Source: an uncultured Chloroflexia bacterium
GTDB taxonomy: Bacteria > Chloroflexota > Limnocylindria > Limnocylindrales > CSP1-4
DNA length: 64,000 bases
Direction: 5' to 3'
Assembly: GCA_963767945.1 (NCBI GenBank)
Contig: CAVYGH010000013.1
Coordinates: forward strand, 162,576 to 226,575
Shown here in pieces: positions 38,531 through 49,259 of the stretch. The notes beneath the pieces were generated by a model that saw only the letters and a list, made by a program, of their open reading frames with translations, made no database searches and was not told the DNA's origin. Made by a program: the position numbers and the translations under genes. Every line of letters starts with the position of its first letter. The first letter of the stretch is position 1.

Positions 38531-39430
38531 ATGGCGCCCGTCATGCGCCGCCCGTTCGACATCCACGACCCGCGCCACCTCGCCGGCCTCGCCGTGGCCG
38601 TCGCGATGTGGGTGCTGGTCGTCGTGCTGTCGAACCCCGCCATCGACGTCAGCGACCCGTTCTCGGGCCAGGTCGTCACGGCGCAGGACGCGCGCTCCTA
38701 CTACGGCCTCAACCTGGCCGACCTGTACACGGGGCGGAGCGACTGGAACACGATCGGCGCCTACCCGTACTCGCCGGCGTTCGCGCAGCTGGTCTATCCG
38801 CTCGACCTGCTGCCGTGGCCGGCGTTCGTCGGCGCCTGGACGGCGATCCTGATCGCGGCCGTCTACTGGCTGACCGGACCGGACCTGTTCCTGCTCGGGC
38901 TGGTGGTCGGGGCGATGGAGATCGCGGGCGGCAACATCACGCTGCTGCTGGCGGTCGCGATCGTGGCCGGGTTCACCCGGCCGTGGACGTGGGCGCTGGT
39001 GATCCTGACCAAGATCACGCCGGGCGTCGCGCTGATCTGGTTCGCGCTGCGACGGGAGTGGCGGGCGCTCGCTGTCGCCCTGGGCGCGACGGCCTTGGTG
39101 CTGGGCGTGTCCTTCCTCGTCCTCCCCGGCCAGTGGCGGGCGTGGGTGGAGCTGCTGATCGCGAACCAGGGCAAGGGCGGCACGTGGGCGGCGATCCCGA
39201 TCCCGCTGATCGTGCGTCTGCCGATCGGCGTGCTGCTGATCGTCTGGGGCGCGCCGCGCAACCAGCGCTGGACGGTGCCGGTCGGCGCGATGCTGGCGCT
39301 GCCGGCGCTGTGGTACGGCTCGCTGTCGATGCTGCTCGCGGTGATCCCGCTCACGACGCCGGAGGAGCGTTCGCGCGCGTGGGCCCGGGTCCGCGGCCGG
39401 TTCGCGCGGTCAGAGGCGGCGGCCTCGTAG
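38531..39430 (+). CDS. Polytopic membrane protein, possibly DUF2029/GT87-like glycosyltransferase. N-terminus uncertain.
   Basis: About 8 predicted TM helices (…LAGLAVAVAMWVLVVVL…, PWTWALVILTKITPGVALIWFAL…). Confidence 0.45.
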   Translation: MAPVMRRPFDIHDPRHLAGLAVAVAMWVLVVVLSNPAIDVSDPFSGQVVTAQDARSYYGLNLADLYTGRSDWNTIGAYPYSPAFAQLVYPLDLLPWPAFVGAWTAILIAAVYWLTGPDLFLLGLVVGAMEIAGGNITLLLAVAIVAGFTRPWTWALVILTKITPGVALIWFALRREWRALAVALGATALVLGVSFLVLPGQWRAWVELLIANQGKGGTWAAIPIPLIVRLPIGVLLIVWGAPRNQRWTVPVGAMLALPALWYGSLSMLLAVIPLTTPEERSRAWARVRGRFARSEAAAS

Positions 39431-39705
39431 GTCGTCGCGGCGCCCCGCTCCGCTGCGCGGCCGTCGCTCCGGCGCCGGCCTCGTCGTGAACCGCGTTCAC
39501 GCTTGTCGTGTCGCCGCACGGCACATTTCGTGCACGGCGTTCTCGGACGAAGCGTGCGATCTGGCCGCGCGACGACGGTCAATCCTGGCGGTCCGCGTGA
39601 ACCGCGTGCGCCGCGACGGTCGGGGCGACCACGAGACCGTGAACGATGCGTTCACGCAACGTTCGGGATACGTGCGAGCAAAGTGACTCGTGCTTGACTC
39701 GAGCA

Positions 39706-40315
39706 TGACGCGCACGCGCCTCCAGCTCGAAGCCGATCGTCACGCGGCGAATCTTCAGGGAGCGGCTCGCCGACGACCTCCGGCGTCTCCGGGCAGATGC
39801 GGGCGTCGGTCAGGGCGACGTCGCCCGCCTCGCCGGAGTCGAGCCCATCGCTCCTGTCGAAGCTCGAGGCCGGCGAGTTCAAGCCGTCACTCGAGACGTA
39901 CGCGCGGATCTCGGCCGCGCTCGGGGCGGACCTGGCTGCGCGGGTGTACCCGAACACCGGGCCGCGGATCCGCGATCGGCACCAGGTGCGGATGGCGGAG
40001 CTGCTGATCGGCGCGCTGCATCCTCGGTGGCAGGTGACGCCGGAGGTCGCGGTGCGGCGTCCGGTGCGGGGCTGGGTCGACCTCGCGCTCGAGGATCCGG
40101 GTGCGCGGCTGGTCATCGCGACCGAGCTGGAGTCGGACCTGCGGCGGATCGAGCAGCTCGTCCGCTGGAGCGCCGAGAAGGCCGATGCGATCGGGGCGGG
40201 CTCGCGCCTCCTCGTCGTCAGGTGGACCCGGGCCAACCGCGCGACGGTCGATGCGGCGCGACGCCTCCTTCGGGAGGCCTATCCGGCCGATCCGCTCGAC
40301 GCCTGGAGTCGCTGA
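39706..40315 (+). CDS. XRE-family HTH protein fused to a C-terminal domain of about 120 aa of unknown function. About 2 frameshifts in the HTH region.
   Basis: HTH pieces across frames: …FRERLADDLRRLRADAGVGQGDVARLAGV / SLLSKLEAGEFKPSLETYARISAALGADL. C-terminal domain …RGWVDLALEDPGARLVIATELESDLRRIEQ…. Confidence 0.4.
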
Positions 40316-40422
40316 CGAAGACGGCGGCATGGCCGGGACCGGCGCTGATCTGGGCGAGGATCGACCGCGGCCGGGCGGAGCTGGTCGCCTGAGCCGAGAC
40401 GATCGCGCCCGGAGCTCGCGGC

Positions 40423-41636
40423 CTAGGACGAGGCGAGGACCTCGCCCAGGGCGTCGGCGAACGGGCCGAGGTTGGCGGACGTGAAGCCGGCCACGTTGAT
40501 CCGGCCGTGGCCGACGACGTACACCGCGTGCTCGTCGCGGAGCCGCGCCACCTGGTGCGTCGACAGCCCGAGCAGCGCGAACATCCCGCGCTGGGTCGCG
40601 ATGCCGCCCCAGTCGCCGGCGATCGACCGCGACGCCAGCGCCTCGACCAGCGCCCGCCGGTTGGCGTGGATCCGGTCGCGCATCGCCGCCAGCTCCGACT
40701 CCCAGCGCGCCCGCAGCTCGGCGTCGGCCAGGATCGTGCGGACGATGTCCGCGCCGTGCGCCGGCGGGTTCGAGTAGTTCGTGCGGATCGCCGCCTTGAC
40801 GTGGCTCTGGACGGCCGCGGCGTCGGCGGCCGAGGACGGCGATCACCAGCATCGCCCCGACCCGCTCGGCGTACAGCGAGAAGGTCTTCGAGAACGAGGT
40901 CGAGACCAGCAGCTCGACGCCCGGCCGCGCGATCTCCAGCAGCCCCGCGGCGTCCTCGCGCAGCCCGTCGCCGAAGCCCTGGTAGGCGAGGTCGACCAGC
41001 GGCAGGACCCGCCGCTCCTCGATCAGGTCGCCGATCCGGCGCCACAGCGCCGGCGTCGGGTCCACCCCGGTCGGGTTGTGGCACGCGCCGTGGAGCAGCA
41101 CGACGTCGCCCGGCGAGGCGGTCCCGAGCGCGGCGAGCATCGCGTCCTCGTCGATCCGCCGGCCGGTCGCGTCGGTGTAGGGGTACGTGCGGATCCGGAA
41201 CCCCGCGGTGTGGAACAGCTGCGGGTGGTTGGGCCAGGTCGGCTCGCTCATCCACAGCGTCTGCGAGGCGCCGGTCTGGCGCAGGAGATCCGCCGCCACG
41301 CGCAGCCCGCCGGTGCCGCCCGGCGTCTGCGTCGCGAGCGCCCGGCCGGACGTGACGGCCTCGTGATCGGCGCCCAGCACGAGGGCGCGGACGAGGTCGC
41401 GATAGGCGGGCTCGCCGTCGATCGGCCGGTAGAGCTTGGTGCCGGCGGCGTCGGCGAGCCGTCGCTCGGCCTCGAGGACCGTCGGCAGCACCGGCGTCGT
41501 CCCCGTCTCGTCCACGAACACGCCCGACGACAGGTTGATCTTCCCGGCGCGGCTGTCGTTGCGGTAGGCGTCGGCGAGGCCGAGGATCGGGTCGGGCGGC
41601 GCCGGGATTCGGGCGAGCGACGGCAGGGACACGGTC
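40423..41636 (-). CDS. Aspartate/aromatic-amino-acid aminotransferase (class I, AspC/TyrB family), with one frameshift near 40850
   Basis: …LLHGACHNPTGVDP…LVDLAYQGFGDGLREDA…STSFSKTFSLYAERVGA then continues in the +1 frame as …[62 protein letters not shown]… (ORF 40423..40683). Confidence 0.75.
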
Positions 41637-41789
41637 ACCTCGGTCGATGCGTGACGGGTCTGGCCGCACTGACGATACGGCGTGGATCGCCGCCTCCGCC
41701 ACCGGGATCCCGGCGAACCCGAACGCGCCCCGGCGAGTAGGCTTCCTCGACAGCGACGACGCTGCGCCCGATGGAGGAGCCGCCGCGCA

Positions 41790-42797
41790 TGGCCGACATC
41801 GTGTCCGAGACCGCCGCGGGACGACCGCACCGCGGGCGAGCGACGACCCCGCCGTCGCGGGCCGGCGCCTGTGGTCCGACCTCCGCGTGGCCGTCGGGCG
41901 GGCGGTCGTCGGCGGCGACGAGACCGTGCGCCTGGTCGCGATCGCGCTGCTCGCCGACGGTCACGTCCTGGTCGAGGACGTGCCGGGCACCGGCAAGACG
42001 CTGCTCGCCCGCGCGGTGGCCCGGGCGCTCTCGCTCGACACGTCGCGCATCCAGGGGACGCCCGACCTCCTCCCGACCGACGTCACCGGCGCCAGCCTGT
42101 TCGAGCCCGGCGGCCTCCGCTTCGTCCCCGGGCCCGTGTTCACCAACGTCCTGCTGGTCGACGAGATCAACCGCGCCACGCCGCGCACGCAGTCGGCGCT
42201 GCTGGAGGCGATGCAGGAGCACCAGGTCTCGATCGAGGGGTCGACGCGCCGCCTGCCGGATCCGTTCATCGTGCTGGCGACCCAGAACCCGGTCGAGTTC
42301 GAGGGGACGTTCGCCCTGCCGCAGGCGCAGCTGGACCGGTTCCTGCTGCGCGCCCGGATCGGCTACCCGGACGACGACGGGGAGCGACGGATCGCCCGCC
42401 GCCACCAGGACGCCGCCGACCCGCTGGACACTGATCGAGCCCGTCGTCGACCGCGAGCGGCTGCTCGCCGTCCGCGACCGCGTCCGGACCGTGCGGGTGG
42501 CCGACGAGGTCGAGGGGTATCTCGTCGCCCTGGTCCGGGCGACGCGCGAGCACCCGGACATCGACCTCGGCGCGAGCCCGCGCGCGACGGTCGCCCTGTA
42601 CCGCGCGGCCCAGGCGGCGGCCGTGCTCGAGGGTCGCGCCTTCGTGACGCCCGACGACGTCAAGGGCATCGCGCCGGCCGTGCTCGCGCCATCGGCTGGT
42701 CGTCGACCTCGACCGGACGCTCCACGGCGCGACGGCGGACTCGGTGCTGGCCGAGATCCTGGGCACGGTCGCCGTCCCGCCGGTCCTCGCCGACTGA
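41790..42797 (+). CDS. MoxR-family AAA+ ATPase, with about 3 frameshifts
   Basis: …GHVLVEDVPGTGKTLLARAVARAL (Walker A), LLVDEINRATPRTQSALLEAMQEHQVSIEG, …WTLIEPVVDRERLLAVRDRV…ASPRATVALYRAAQAAAVLEGRAFVTPDDVKGIAPAVLA, and terminal HRLVVDLDRTLHGATADSVLAEILGTVAVPPVLAD in three different frames. Confidence 0.7.
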
Positions 42798-42839
42798 CGC
42801 GGAACGGCGAACCGCGCGACTCACGGAGGCGCTGACCGA

Positions 42840-44074
42840 ATGGCCGCCCGGATCCTCCTCGCGATCGCGCTGATCGTCATCGGCAGCGGCCTGGACGTGC
42901 CGATCGCGATCGTGCTCGGCCTCGTGACGCTGATGGTGGAGGTCGTCCACGCGCTGTGGGCGCGGGCGGGCGTCCGGGACGTGCGCTACACGCGGACGCT
43001 GGCCGCGCGGCGGGCGGCGTTCGGCGACGAGATCCCGATGCAGATCGAGGTCTGGAACCGCCGCCGGCTGCCGCTGCCGTGGCTGCGCGCCGACGACGAG
43101 GCGTCGGCCGGGGTCATCGTCCGCGAGCGCGACCTCGCGGACGGCGACGAGCCCGGGACCGAGGTGCTGCGCAACGCCTGGACGCTGCGGCCGTGGGAGC
43201 GGGTCGTGCGCCGGTTCCACGTGTCCGCCGACCGGCGCGGGGTGTTCCGGCTGGGCCCGGTGGACCTGTCCGTGGGCGACCCGTTCGCCAACCGCGCGGC
43301 CGCGGACCTGCGCCCGATCGTCGACACCTTCCTCATCTGGCCGCGCACGGTGCCCGACGACCGAGATCGAGCCACCCGACCGCTGGGGCGACCTGGACCG
43401 CGCGAGGTCCGGCCTCGCCGAGGACCCGTCGCGGTTCGCCGGCGTCCGCCCGTATGCCGCGGGCGACCCGATGCGGCGGATCCACGCCCGGACCAGCGCC
43501 CGGATGGGCCGGCCGATGACCAAGCGCTTCGAGCCGTCGCGGGAGCGGGAGGTGCTGATCGCGCTCGACGTGCAGACGGTGGAGGGCGCCGCGTGGGAGG
43601 CGGGCTTCGGCAGCGACGACGTCGAGTCGCTGTACGTGGTCGCCGGCTCCCTGGCCCGCACGCTGGGCGCGCGACACGTCGCGTTCGGCCTGATGGCGGC
43701 GGGCTACACCGGCGCCGAGACGCGGATCGCGCGGGTGGCGGTGTCGTCGGCCCCGGGGCAGGTGCAGCGCGTGCTGGACCTCCTGGCGCGCCTGTCCGCC
43801 CACGCCTCGGCGCCCTTCGAGCGCCTCCTCGGGATCGTGGCGCGCTCGGTCCGGCCGGGCACGACGGTGCTGGTGCTCACGGCGCGCGACCCGCGCCCGT
43901 TCGGGCCGGCGCTGCGGCGGCTGGAGCAGGCCGGCGCGGATGTCGTGGTCGTCGCCTGCGGTCCCGCAGGCCGCCGATGGCGCCGCGAAGGCGCGATCGC
44001 TCGGGTTCACGGCCCGGCGGGCGTTCATGGACGCCCACTGGCGGACGGCCGAGCGGCTGGTCCTCGCGCCATGA
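42840..44074 (+). CDS. DUF58-family protein (MoxR partner), with about 2 frameshifts
   Basis: N-terminal 2 TM helices. Core GVRPYAAGDPMRRIHARTSARMGRPMTKRFEPSREREVLIALD (DUF58 hallmark [RK]xYxxGDxxRxIHW). Probable end …RAFMDAHWRTAERLVLAP with TGA overlapping the next start (ATGA). Confidence 0.6.
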
Positions 44075-45624
44075 GCGCCGAGACCACCGAGACCCCGGAC
44101 ACCGCCGAGACCCCCGAGATCGCGAGCCCGCCGGGACCGCCGCGACGGCGCGACGGTCGCATGCCGAACCCGCTCGTCCTCGCCCCGATCGCCCTCGCGA
44201 TCCTCGCCGAGGCCGCCTGGACGGCCGTCCTCGCCGGCCTCCTGGCGGCCTTCGCCCTGCGCGACCCGACGCTGGGCATCCCGGCACGCTGCTCGCGTGC
44301 CTCGCGGGCGTCGCCGCGGCCCGCTGGCTGGCGCCCCGAGCCGGCGACCGCTGGCCCACGGTCGCCGCCGTCCTCACGATCGGCGTCGCCACCGTCGGCT
44401 GGCTCGCGTCGCCGGAGACGCGCTCGATCCTCGCCGAGCGCGGGATCGACGCCCTCGGCGCGGCGATCATCGCCAACCTCGGCGGCTTCGTGGCCGGCGT
44501 CGCGTTCCTGCGTGGCATGCCCTACGCCCGGCTGCCGCCGGATCCGGGCCCGATCGCGACCGCGCTCGCCGTCGGCACCCCGGGGATCGCGATCGCGGCG
44601 ATCGTGGGCGGCATGGTCGGCGACCCGTGGCGGTCGCGGTTCCTCGGCGGAGACCACGACCGAGGTCGTCGTCTTCCTCGTCGCCGGGATCGCGTCGCTG
44701 ACGCTGAGCCGCCTCACGCTGGTCGGGTCGGGCGCCGGGGCGGGCAGCGTGGACTGGCGGCGGAACCCGGCCTGGATCGGGCTCGCCGCCCTGCTGCTGG
44801 CCGGGATCGCGACCACCGCGCTCGCGACGTCGGCCGTCGCCGGCCCGGCGATCGTGGCCGTGCTCGGCGCGGCGATCCCGTCGCTGCTCGTGCTCGGGTT
44901 CGTGGTGGGCTTCGATCGCCGGAGCCTGCGGATCGTCGCGATCTGCCTGGCGATCGCGCTGTTCCTGGGGCAGCTGCTGCGCATCATCGGCTCGGGGTCG
45001 ACGCCCCGGCCGGCGGTGACCCTGCCGGCGACGGTGCCGCCGGCGGACCCGACCGTGGCGACCCCGCTGACGCTCGTCTTCGTGGGGATCGCCGTCGTGC
45101 TGGCCGCGATCGCGATCGTGATCCTCATCACGCTCTGGATGCTTCGGCCGCGGGTCGCCGAGGAGGACCTCGACGAGGAGCGCTGGATCGAGCGCGACGA
45201 CGAGGGCGGGCGCGACGTCGTCCGGCGCCGCCGGCGCGGGTCGCGTCTGGGGCGTGGGCGACCTGCCGACGCCGTGGCGGCGTACCGGATGCTGATCGAG
45301 GCCCTGGCCACCCGCCCCGGCGTGCGACGCGAGGAGGGCGAGACGCCGGCCGAGCACGCGGCACGACTGCGCGAGAGCGGCAGCGGCGCGCTGGGGCTGG
45401 ACCTGCTCGCGGCCGACTACGGCCTGGTGCGCTTCGGCGGGATCCGGCTGACCGACGCCGAGGAGCGGCGGGCGGTCCGCCGCGCCGGCGTCCTGCGCCG
45501 GCTCCTCGCGGGCGACGCGGCGCAGGCGACCGGCGGCCGCGGGCCGGGGGCCGCGGCGAAGCCGGGCGAGGACGCGGCGCCCGAGGGCGGCCCGGGCACG
45601 AGGTCGCGCTTCCGCGTCGGCTGA
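44071..45624 (+). CDS. Membrane protein with a C-terminal DUF4129-like domain (third gene of the MoxR operon), with about 2 frameshifts
   Basis: Multiple TM helices. C-terminal …AVAAYRMLIEALATRPGVRREEGETPAEHAARLRESG…LLAADYGLVRFGGIRLTDAEERRAVRRAG resembles the DUF4129 (AxxxxxxL…xxGxPxxxxxTPxEY) arrangement. Confidence 0.55.
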   Translation: MSAETTETPDTAETPEIASPPGPPRRRDGRMPNPLVLAPIALAILAEAAWTAVLAGLLAAFALRDPTLGIPARCSRASRASPRPAGWRPEPATAGPRSPPSSRSASPPSAGSRRRRRARSSPSAGSTPSARRSSPTSAASWPASRSCVACPTPGCRRIRARSRPRSPSAPRGSRSRRSWAAWSATRGGRGSSAETTTEVVVFLVAGIASLTLSRLTLVGSGAGAGSVDWRRNPAWIGLAALLLAGIATTALATSAVAGPAIVAVLGAAIPSLLVLGFVVGFDRRSLRIVAICLAIALFLGQLLRIIGSGSTPRPAVTLPATVPPADPTVATPLTLVFVGIAVVLAAIAIVILITLWMLRPRVAEEDLDEERWIERDDEGGRDVVRRRRRGSRLGRGRPADAVAAYRMLIEALATRPGVRREEGETPAEHAARLRESGSGALGLDLLAADYGLVRFGGIRLTDAEERRAVRRAGVLRRLLAGDAAQATGGRGPGAAAKPGEDAAPEGGPGTRSRFRVG

Positions 45625-45658
45625 TCGGGCGCTGGTCGCGGTCCGGTAGGGTGTCGGC

Positions 45659-46651
45659 ATGAGCCATCAGGCCGGCAGCGCTCCCGACGGCCCGGCACAC
45701 CCCACGCGCATCGCGATCGTCGGCACGGGCGCGGTCGGGTCGAGCTTCGCGTTCGCCCTGCTGCTGTCGGGCCTGACCAGCGAGATCGTCCTCATCGACG
45801 CGAACGAGTCGAAGGCCGAGGGCGAGGCGATGGACCTCATGCACGCGGTGCCGTTCGCGAGGACCGCCCGCGTCTGGGCAGGGGACGTGGGCGATTGCAG
45901 CGGGGCCGCCGTCACCGTGCTGGCTGCCGGTGCCGCCCAGAAGCCGGGCGAGTCGCGGATGGACCTCGCCGCCCGCAACGCCGCCATCGTCCGGAACCTC
46001 GTCCCCGCGATCGCCGAGGCCAACCCCGACGGGATCCTGCTGGTCGCGACGAACCCGGTCGACGTGCTCGCGTATCTCGCGTGGAGCCTGTCGGGCCTGC
46101 CGCCGGAGCGCGTGTTCGGGTCGGGGACGATCCTCGACACGGCCCGCTTCCGGATGCTCCTGGCCGACCACTACGAGGTGGATCCGCGATCCGTCCACGC
46201 GTTCATCGCGGGCGAGCACGGCGACTCCGAGGTCCCGGTCTGGTCGTCCGCGAACATCGCCGGGATGCCCCTGCGGGAGTTCGGCCAGCTCACCGACATC
46301 GGCCACGACCAGGCGGCGCTGGACGGGATCTTCACCGACACTCGTGACGCCGCGTACCAGATCATCGAGCGCAAGGGCGCCACGTACTACGCGGTCGCCG
46401 CGGGCTTGGTCCGCATCGTCCAGGCGATCCTGCGCGATCAGCACACGGTGCTGTCGGTGAGCTCGCTGATCCGCGACTACCACGGCATCTCGGACGTGTA
46501 CCTGTCACTGCCGGCGGTGGTCGGGCGGGGCGGGATCGAGCGGATCCTGCCGCTCCCGATGGCCGACGACGAGGTCGCCGGGCTGCGACGGTCGGCGGAG
46601 GTCCTGCGGTCGACGATCGACGCGATCGGCGCCGGGTCGTCCGGCGCCTGA
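45659..46651 (+). CDS. ldh: L-lactate dehydrogenase
   Basis: NAD-binding IAIVGTGAVGSSFAFAL. LDH signature …IAGEHGDSEVPVWSSANIAGMPL. Intact. Confidence 0.85.
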   Translation: MSHQAGSAPDGPAHPTRIAIVGTGAVGSSFAFALLLSGLTSEIVLIDANESKAEGEAMDLMHAVPFARTARVWAGDVGDCSGAAVTVLAAGAAQKPGESRMDLAARNAAIVRNLVPAIAEANPDGILLVATNPVDVLAYLAWSLSGLPPERVFGSGTILDTARFRMLLADHYEVDPRSVHAFIAGEHGDSEVPVWSSANIAGMPLREFGQLTDIGHDQAALDGIFTDTRDAAYQIIERKGATYYAVAAGLVRIVQAILRDQHTVLSVSSLIRDYHGISDVYLSLPAVVGRGGIERILPLPMADDEVAGLRRSAEVLRSTIDAIGAGSSGA

Positions 46652-46697
46652 CCCTGTCGGCGAGGCGACGGTCCGTCAGCCGATCGCGTCGGGCAGA

Positions 46698-46970
46698 ATG
46701 CGCGCCATGCCGTCACATCCCATCCACGCGCCCGCCATCGTCACCGTCTACGGCACCGAGCTGTGTGCCGACTGCCGCCGGACCCGTCGCTACCTCGACG
46801 CGACCGCGACCCCGTACACCTGGATCGACGTGGGCAGCGATCTCGCGATCCGGGGCATGCTCGATGCCGCCGGGTATCGCGCGATCCCGGTCGTCTCGCT
46901 GCCGACCGGACAGGTCCTGACCGAGCCCACCGAGGACGAGCTCGCCAACGTCATCGGGACCGCCGCCTAG
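46698..46970 (+). CDS. Glutaredoxin-like protein (NrdH/mycoredoxin-like, CxxC)
   Basis: VTVYGTELCADCRRTRRYLDATATPYTWIDV with a CADC active-site motif. About 90 aa. Confidence 0.6.
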   Translation: MRAMPSHPIHAPAIVTVYGTELCADCRRTRRYLDATATPYTWIDVGSDLAIRGMLDAAGYRAIPVVSLPTGQVLTEPTEDELANVIGTAA

Positions 46971-47296
46971 CCCGGGGACTCCTGGCCGGCGACGCGCCCC
47001 CGCCAAAGCGAGCTCGACGCCGACCCGTCATTCGTCCATCGCGGGCGGCCACGCGCGTCGGGTGCCGCCCGCCGCGCCGTCCGCGACGCTCCGGGTCGAC
47101 GGGCGGCGACCGCCGTCCCGCTTCGTGGAGCCGAACGTGGACGCCATCCTCGGACTCGCCGCCCTCGCCCTGACCGGCCTCGTCGCGACCGTCGCGATCC
47201 TGTGGCTGGTGCCGCTGCTGATCGCCGCCGCGATCGCCGCCTCGCTCGGCGACGCCTGACCGCCCCGGCCCGACGCCTCTCCGGCGGACGAGCGCC

Positions 47297-47653
47297 CTAC
47301 TCGAGGGCCTCCTCGTCGAGCCGGACCAGCAACGCGTACGCCTCGTCGCCCAGGAACGCCTTGGCCGCCGTCGCGGTCTCCTCGGCCGCCTCGGTGCCCT
47401 CGCCGTCCTCGGCCTCCACCTCGCCGCCCGCGAGGACGCCGAGCACCCGCGACGGCGTCGGCTCGACCACCCACTCGTCGCCCGTGTCGGGGTCCACGTC
47501 GAAGAAGGTCACCGACTCGATCTCGAACGTCGCGCCGTCCGGCCGGGCCAGCGTGCACGCCCAGGCACCCTCCTCCTCGTTCGAGGCGCGGAGCGTGAGC
47601 GACAGGTCCAGGGCTCGGAAGAGCTCGTCGAGGGTCGTCGCGGTGGGAGCCAT
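47297..47653 (-). CDS. Hypothetical acidic protein (118 aa)
   Basis: Intact ORF with protein-like composition. No recognisable domain. Confidence 0.4.
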   Translation of the reverse strand: MAPTATTLDELFRALDLSLTLRASNEEEGAWACTLARPDGATFEIESVTFFDVDPDTGDEWVVEPTPSRVLGVLAGGEVEAEDGEGTEAAEETATAAKAFLGDEAYALLVRLDEEALE

Positions 47654-47803
47654 GGGATCACCTGCTAACGGCGTCGCGTCGGGTCAACCGTACCCGACGC
47701 AGGCCGCGCCGCGTCCCGCGGGCTCGGGCTATCCTGCCCCCGAGCCAGCGCGCCCGGCTCCAGCGCCGACGCGGCCGCTGCGGATGCTCGTTCCGGAGGA
47801 CCC

Positions 47804-49213
47804 ATGACCCAGGATCGTCGCGTGGCCATCATCGGGCTGGGCTACGTGGGCCTGCCGCTCGCCATCGCCTTCGCCGAGGCCGGCCTCGAGGTCGATGGCG
47901 TCGACGTGTCTGCCGGCCGCGTGGCCGAGCTCAACGCGCGACGCTCGCCGATCGACGACATCAGCGATCAGAAGCTGGGCGACGCCCTCGATCGCTCGCT
48001 GCGCGTCGTGAGCACCGCCGACGCGCGCCTGGCCGACGCGGACGCCGTGTTCGTCTGCGTGCCCACGCCGATCACGACGACCAAGGACCCGGACCTCGCA
48101 CCGGTGCTGGCGGCGGCCCAGTTGGTGCGCGACAACGTCCGGGCGGGCCACCTGATCGTGCTCCAGTCGACGACCTTCCCCGGCACGACGATGGGGCCCT
48201 TCCGCGCGGTCGTCGAGGAGAGCGGGCTGCGGGCGGGGACCGACTTCGACCTCGCCTTCGCCCCGGAGCGGGTGAGCCCGGGCGATCCCGAGAGCTCCGG
48301 CCGGACGGTGCCGCGCCTCGTCGGCGGGACGACGCCGGCGTCGACGGCCCGCGCGGCGGCCTTGCTGCGGAACATCAACGACCGCGTGATCGAGCTGTCG
48401 TCGCCGGACGCCGCCGAGATGGCCAAGCTGCTCGAGAACACGTTCCGCAACGTCAACATCGCCTTCGTCAACCAGCTCGCGCTGCTGTGCGAGCGGATGG
48501 GGCTCGACGTCTGGGAGGTCATCGACGCCGCGGCGACCAAGCCGTTCGGCTTCATGCGCTTCACCCCCGGGCCCGGCGTCGGCGGCCATTGCATCCCGGT
48601 CGACCCCTACTACCTCGCCTGGCGGGCCCGCGAGTTCGACTTCACCGAGCGCTTCATCGAGCTTGCCGGCGACATCAACTTCGGCATGCCCCGCCACGTG
48701 GTCGAGCTGGCGTCGGAGGCGCTCAACGACCGGGGCAGGGCGCTCAAGGGGTCGCGGGTCGGGGTCATCGGCGTCGCGTTCAAGCCCGACGTCCAGGACG
48801 CCCGGAACTCGCCCGCGGCCGACGTGCTCGCCGGCATCGCCGAGCGCGGCGCGGAGGTCGGGTTCCACGACCCGCACGTCGCGCGCTACGTCGATGCGGC
48901 CGGGGTGGTCCGCGACTCGATGGCCATCGACGAGCTCCTCGGGTGGGCCGACGTGGTCGTGGTGCTGGTCCGCCATCGGGCGATCGACTGGGAGCGCGTC
49001 TACGCGCGGGCCGGACTCGTCGTCGACACCGTCAACAGCTCCGCCGGCCTCGCGACCGCCGATCGGCAGGTCCTCCGCCTGGGCGCCGGCTGGCTCCGGG
49101 CAGCCGTGTCTGCCTCGGCCGATGCGCCGGCGCCGGCGCGGGCCACCGCGGACGTGGCGCCGACCGGGGCGGTTGCGGCCGGCGACGCCGCGACAGCGAC
49201 CACGAGCTCCTAG
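47804..49213 (+). CDS. Nucleotide-sugar dehydrogenase (UDP-glucose/UDP-ManNAc/GDP-mannose 6-dehydrogenase family) with a C-terminal Ala/Pro tail of about 45 aa
   Basis: N-terminal Rossmann VAIIGLGYVGLPLAIAFAEAG. Catalytic region …GFMRFTPGPGVGGHCIPVDPYYL…. Confidence 0.8.
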   Translation: MTQDRRVAIIGLGYVGLPLAIAFAEAGLEVDGVDVSAGRVAELNARRSPIDDISDQKLGDALDRSLRVVSTADARLADADAVFVCVPTPITTTKDPDLAPVLAAAQLVRDNVRAGHLIVLQSTTFPGTTMGPFRAVVEESGLRAGTDFDLAFAPERVSPGDPESSGRTVPRLVGGTTPASTARAAALLRNINDRVIELSSPDAAEMAKLLENTFRNVNIAFVNQLALLCERMGLDVWEVIDAAATKPFGFMRFTPGPGVGGHCIPVDPYYLAWRAREFDFTERFIELAGDINFGMPRHVVELASEALNDRGRALKGSRVGVIGVAFKPDVQDARNSPAADVLAGIAERGAEVGFHDPHVARYVDAAGVVRDSMAIDELLGWADVVVVLVRHRAIDWERVYARAGLVVDTVNSSAGLATADRQVLRLGAGWLRAAVSASADAPAPARATADVAPTGAVAAGDAATATTSS

Positions 49214-49259
49214 GGCCATCGGGCTCGAGCCTCGAACCGCTCCCCGCAATCGAGGGACC

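Noticed and set aside
47062-47259. 65-aa ORF encoding a hydrophobic peptide (…AILGLAALALTGLVATVAILWLVPLLIAAAIAASLGDA)
   Set aside because: Could be a small membrane protein. However it is short, has an Arg/Pro-rich N-terminus, and has no support beyond hydrophobicity. Left uncalled.
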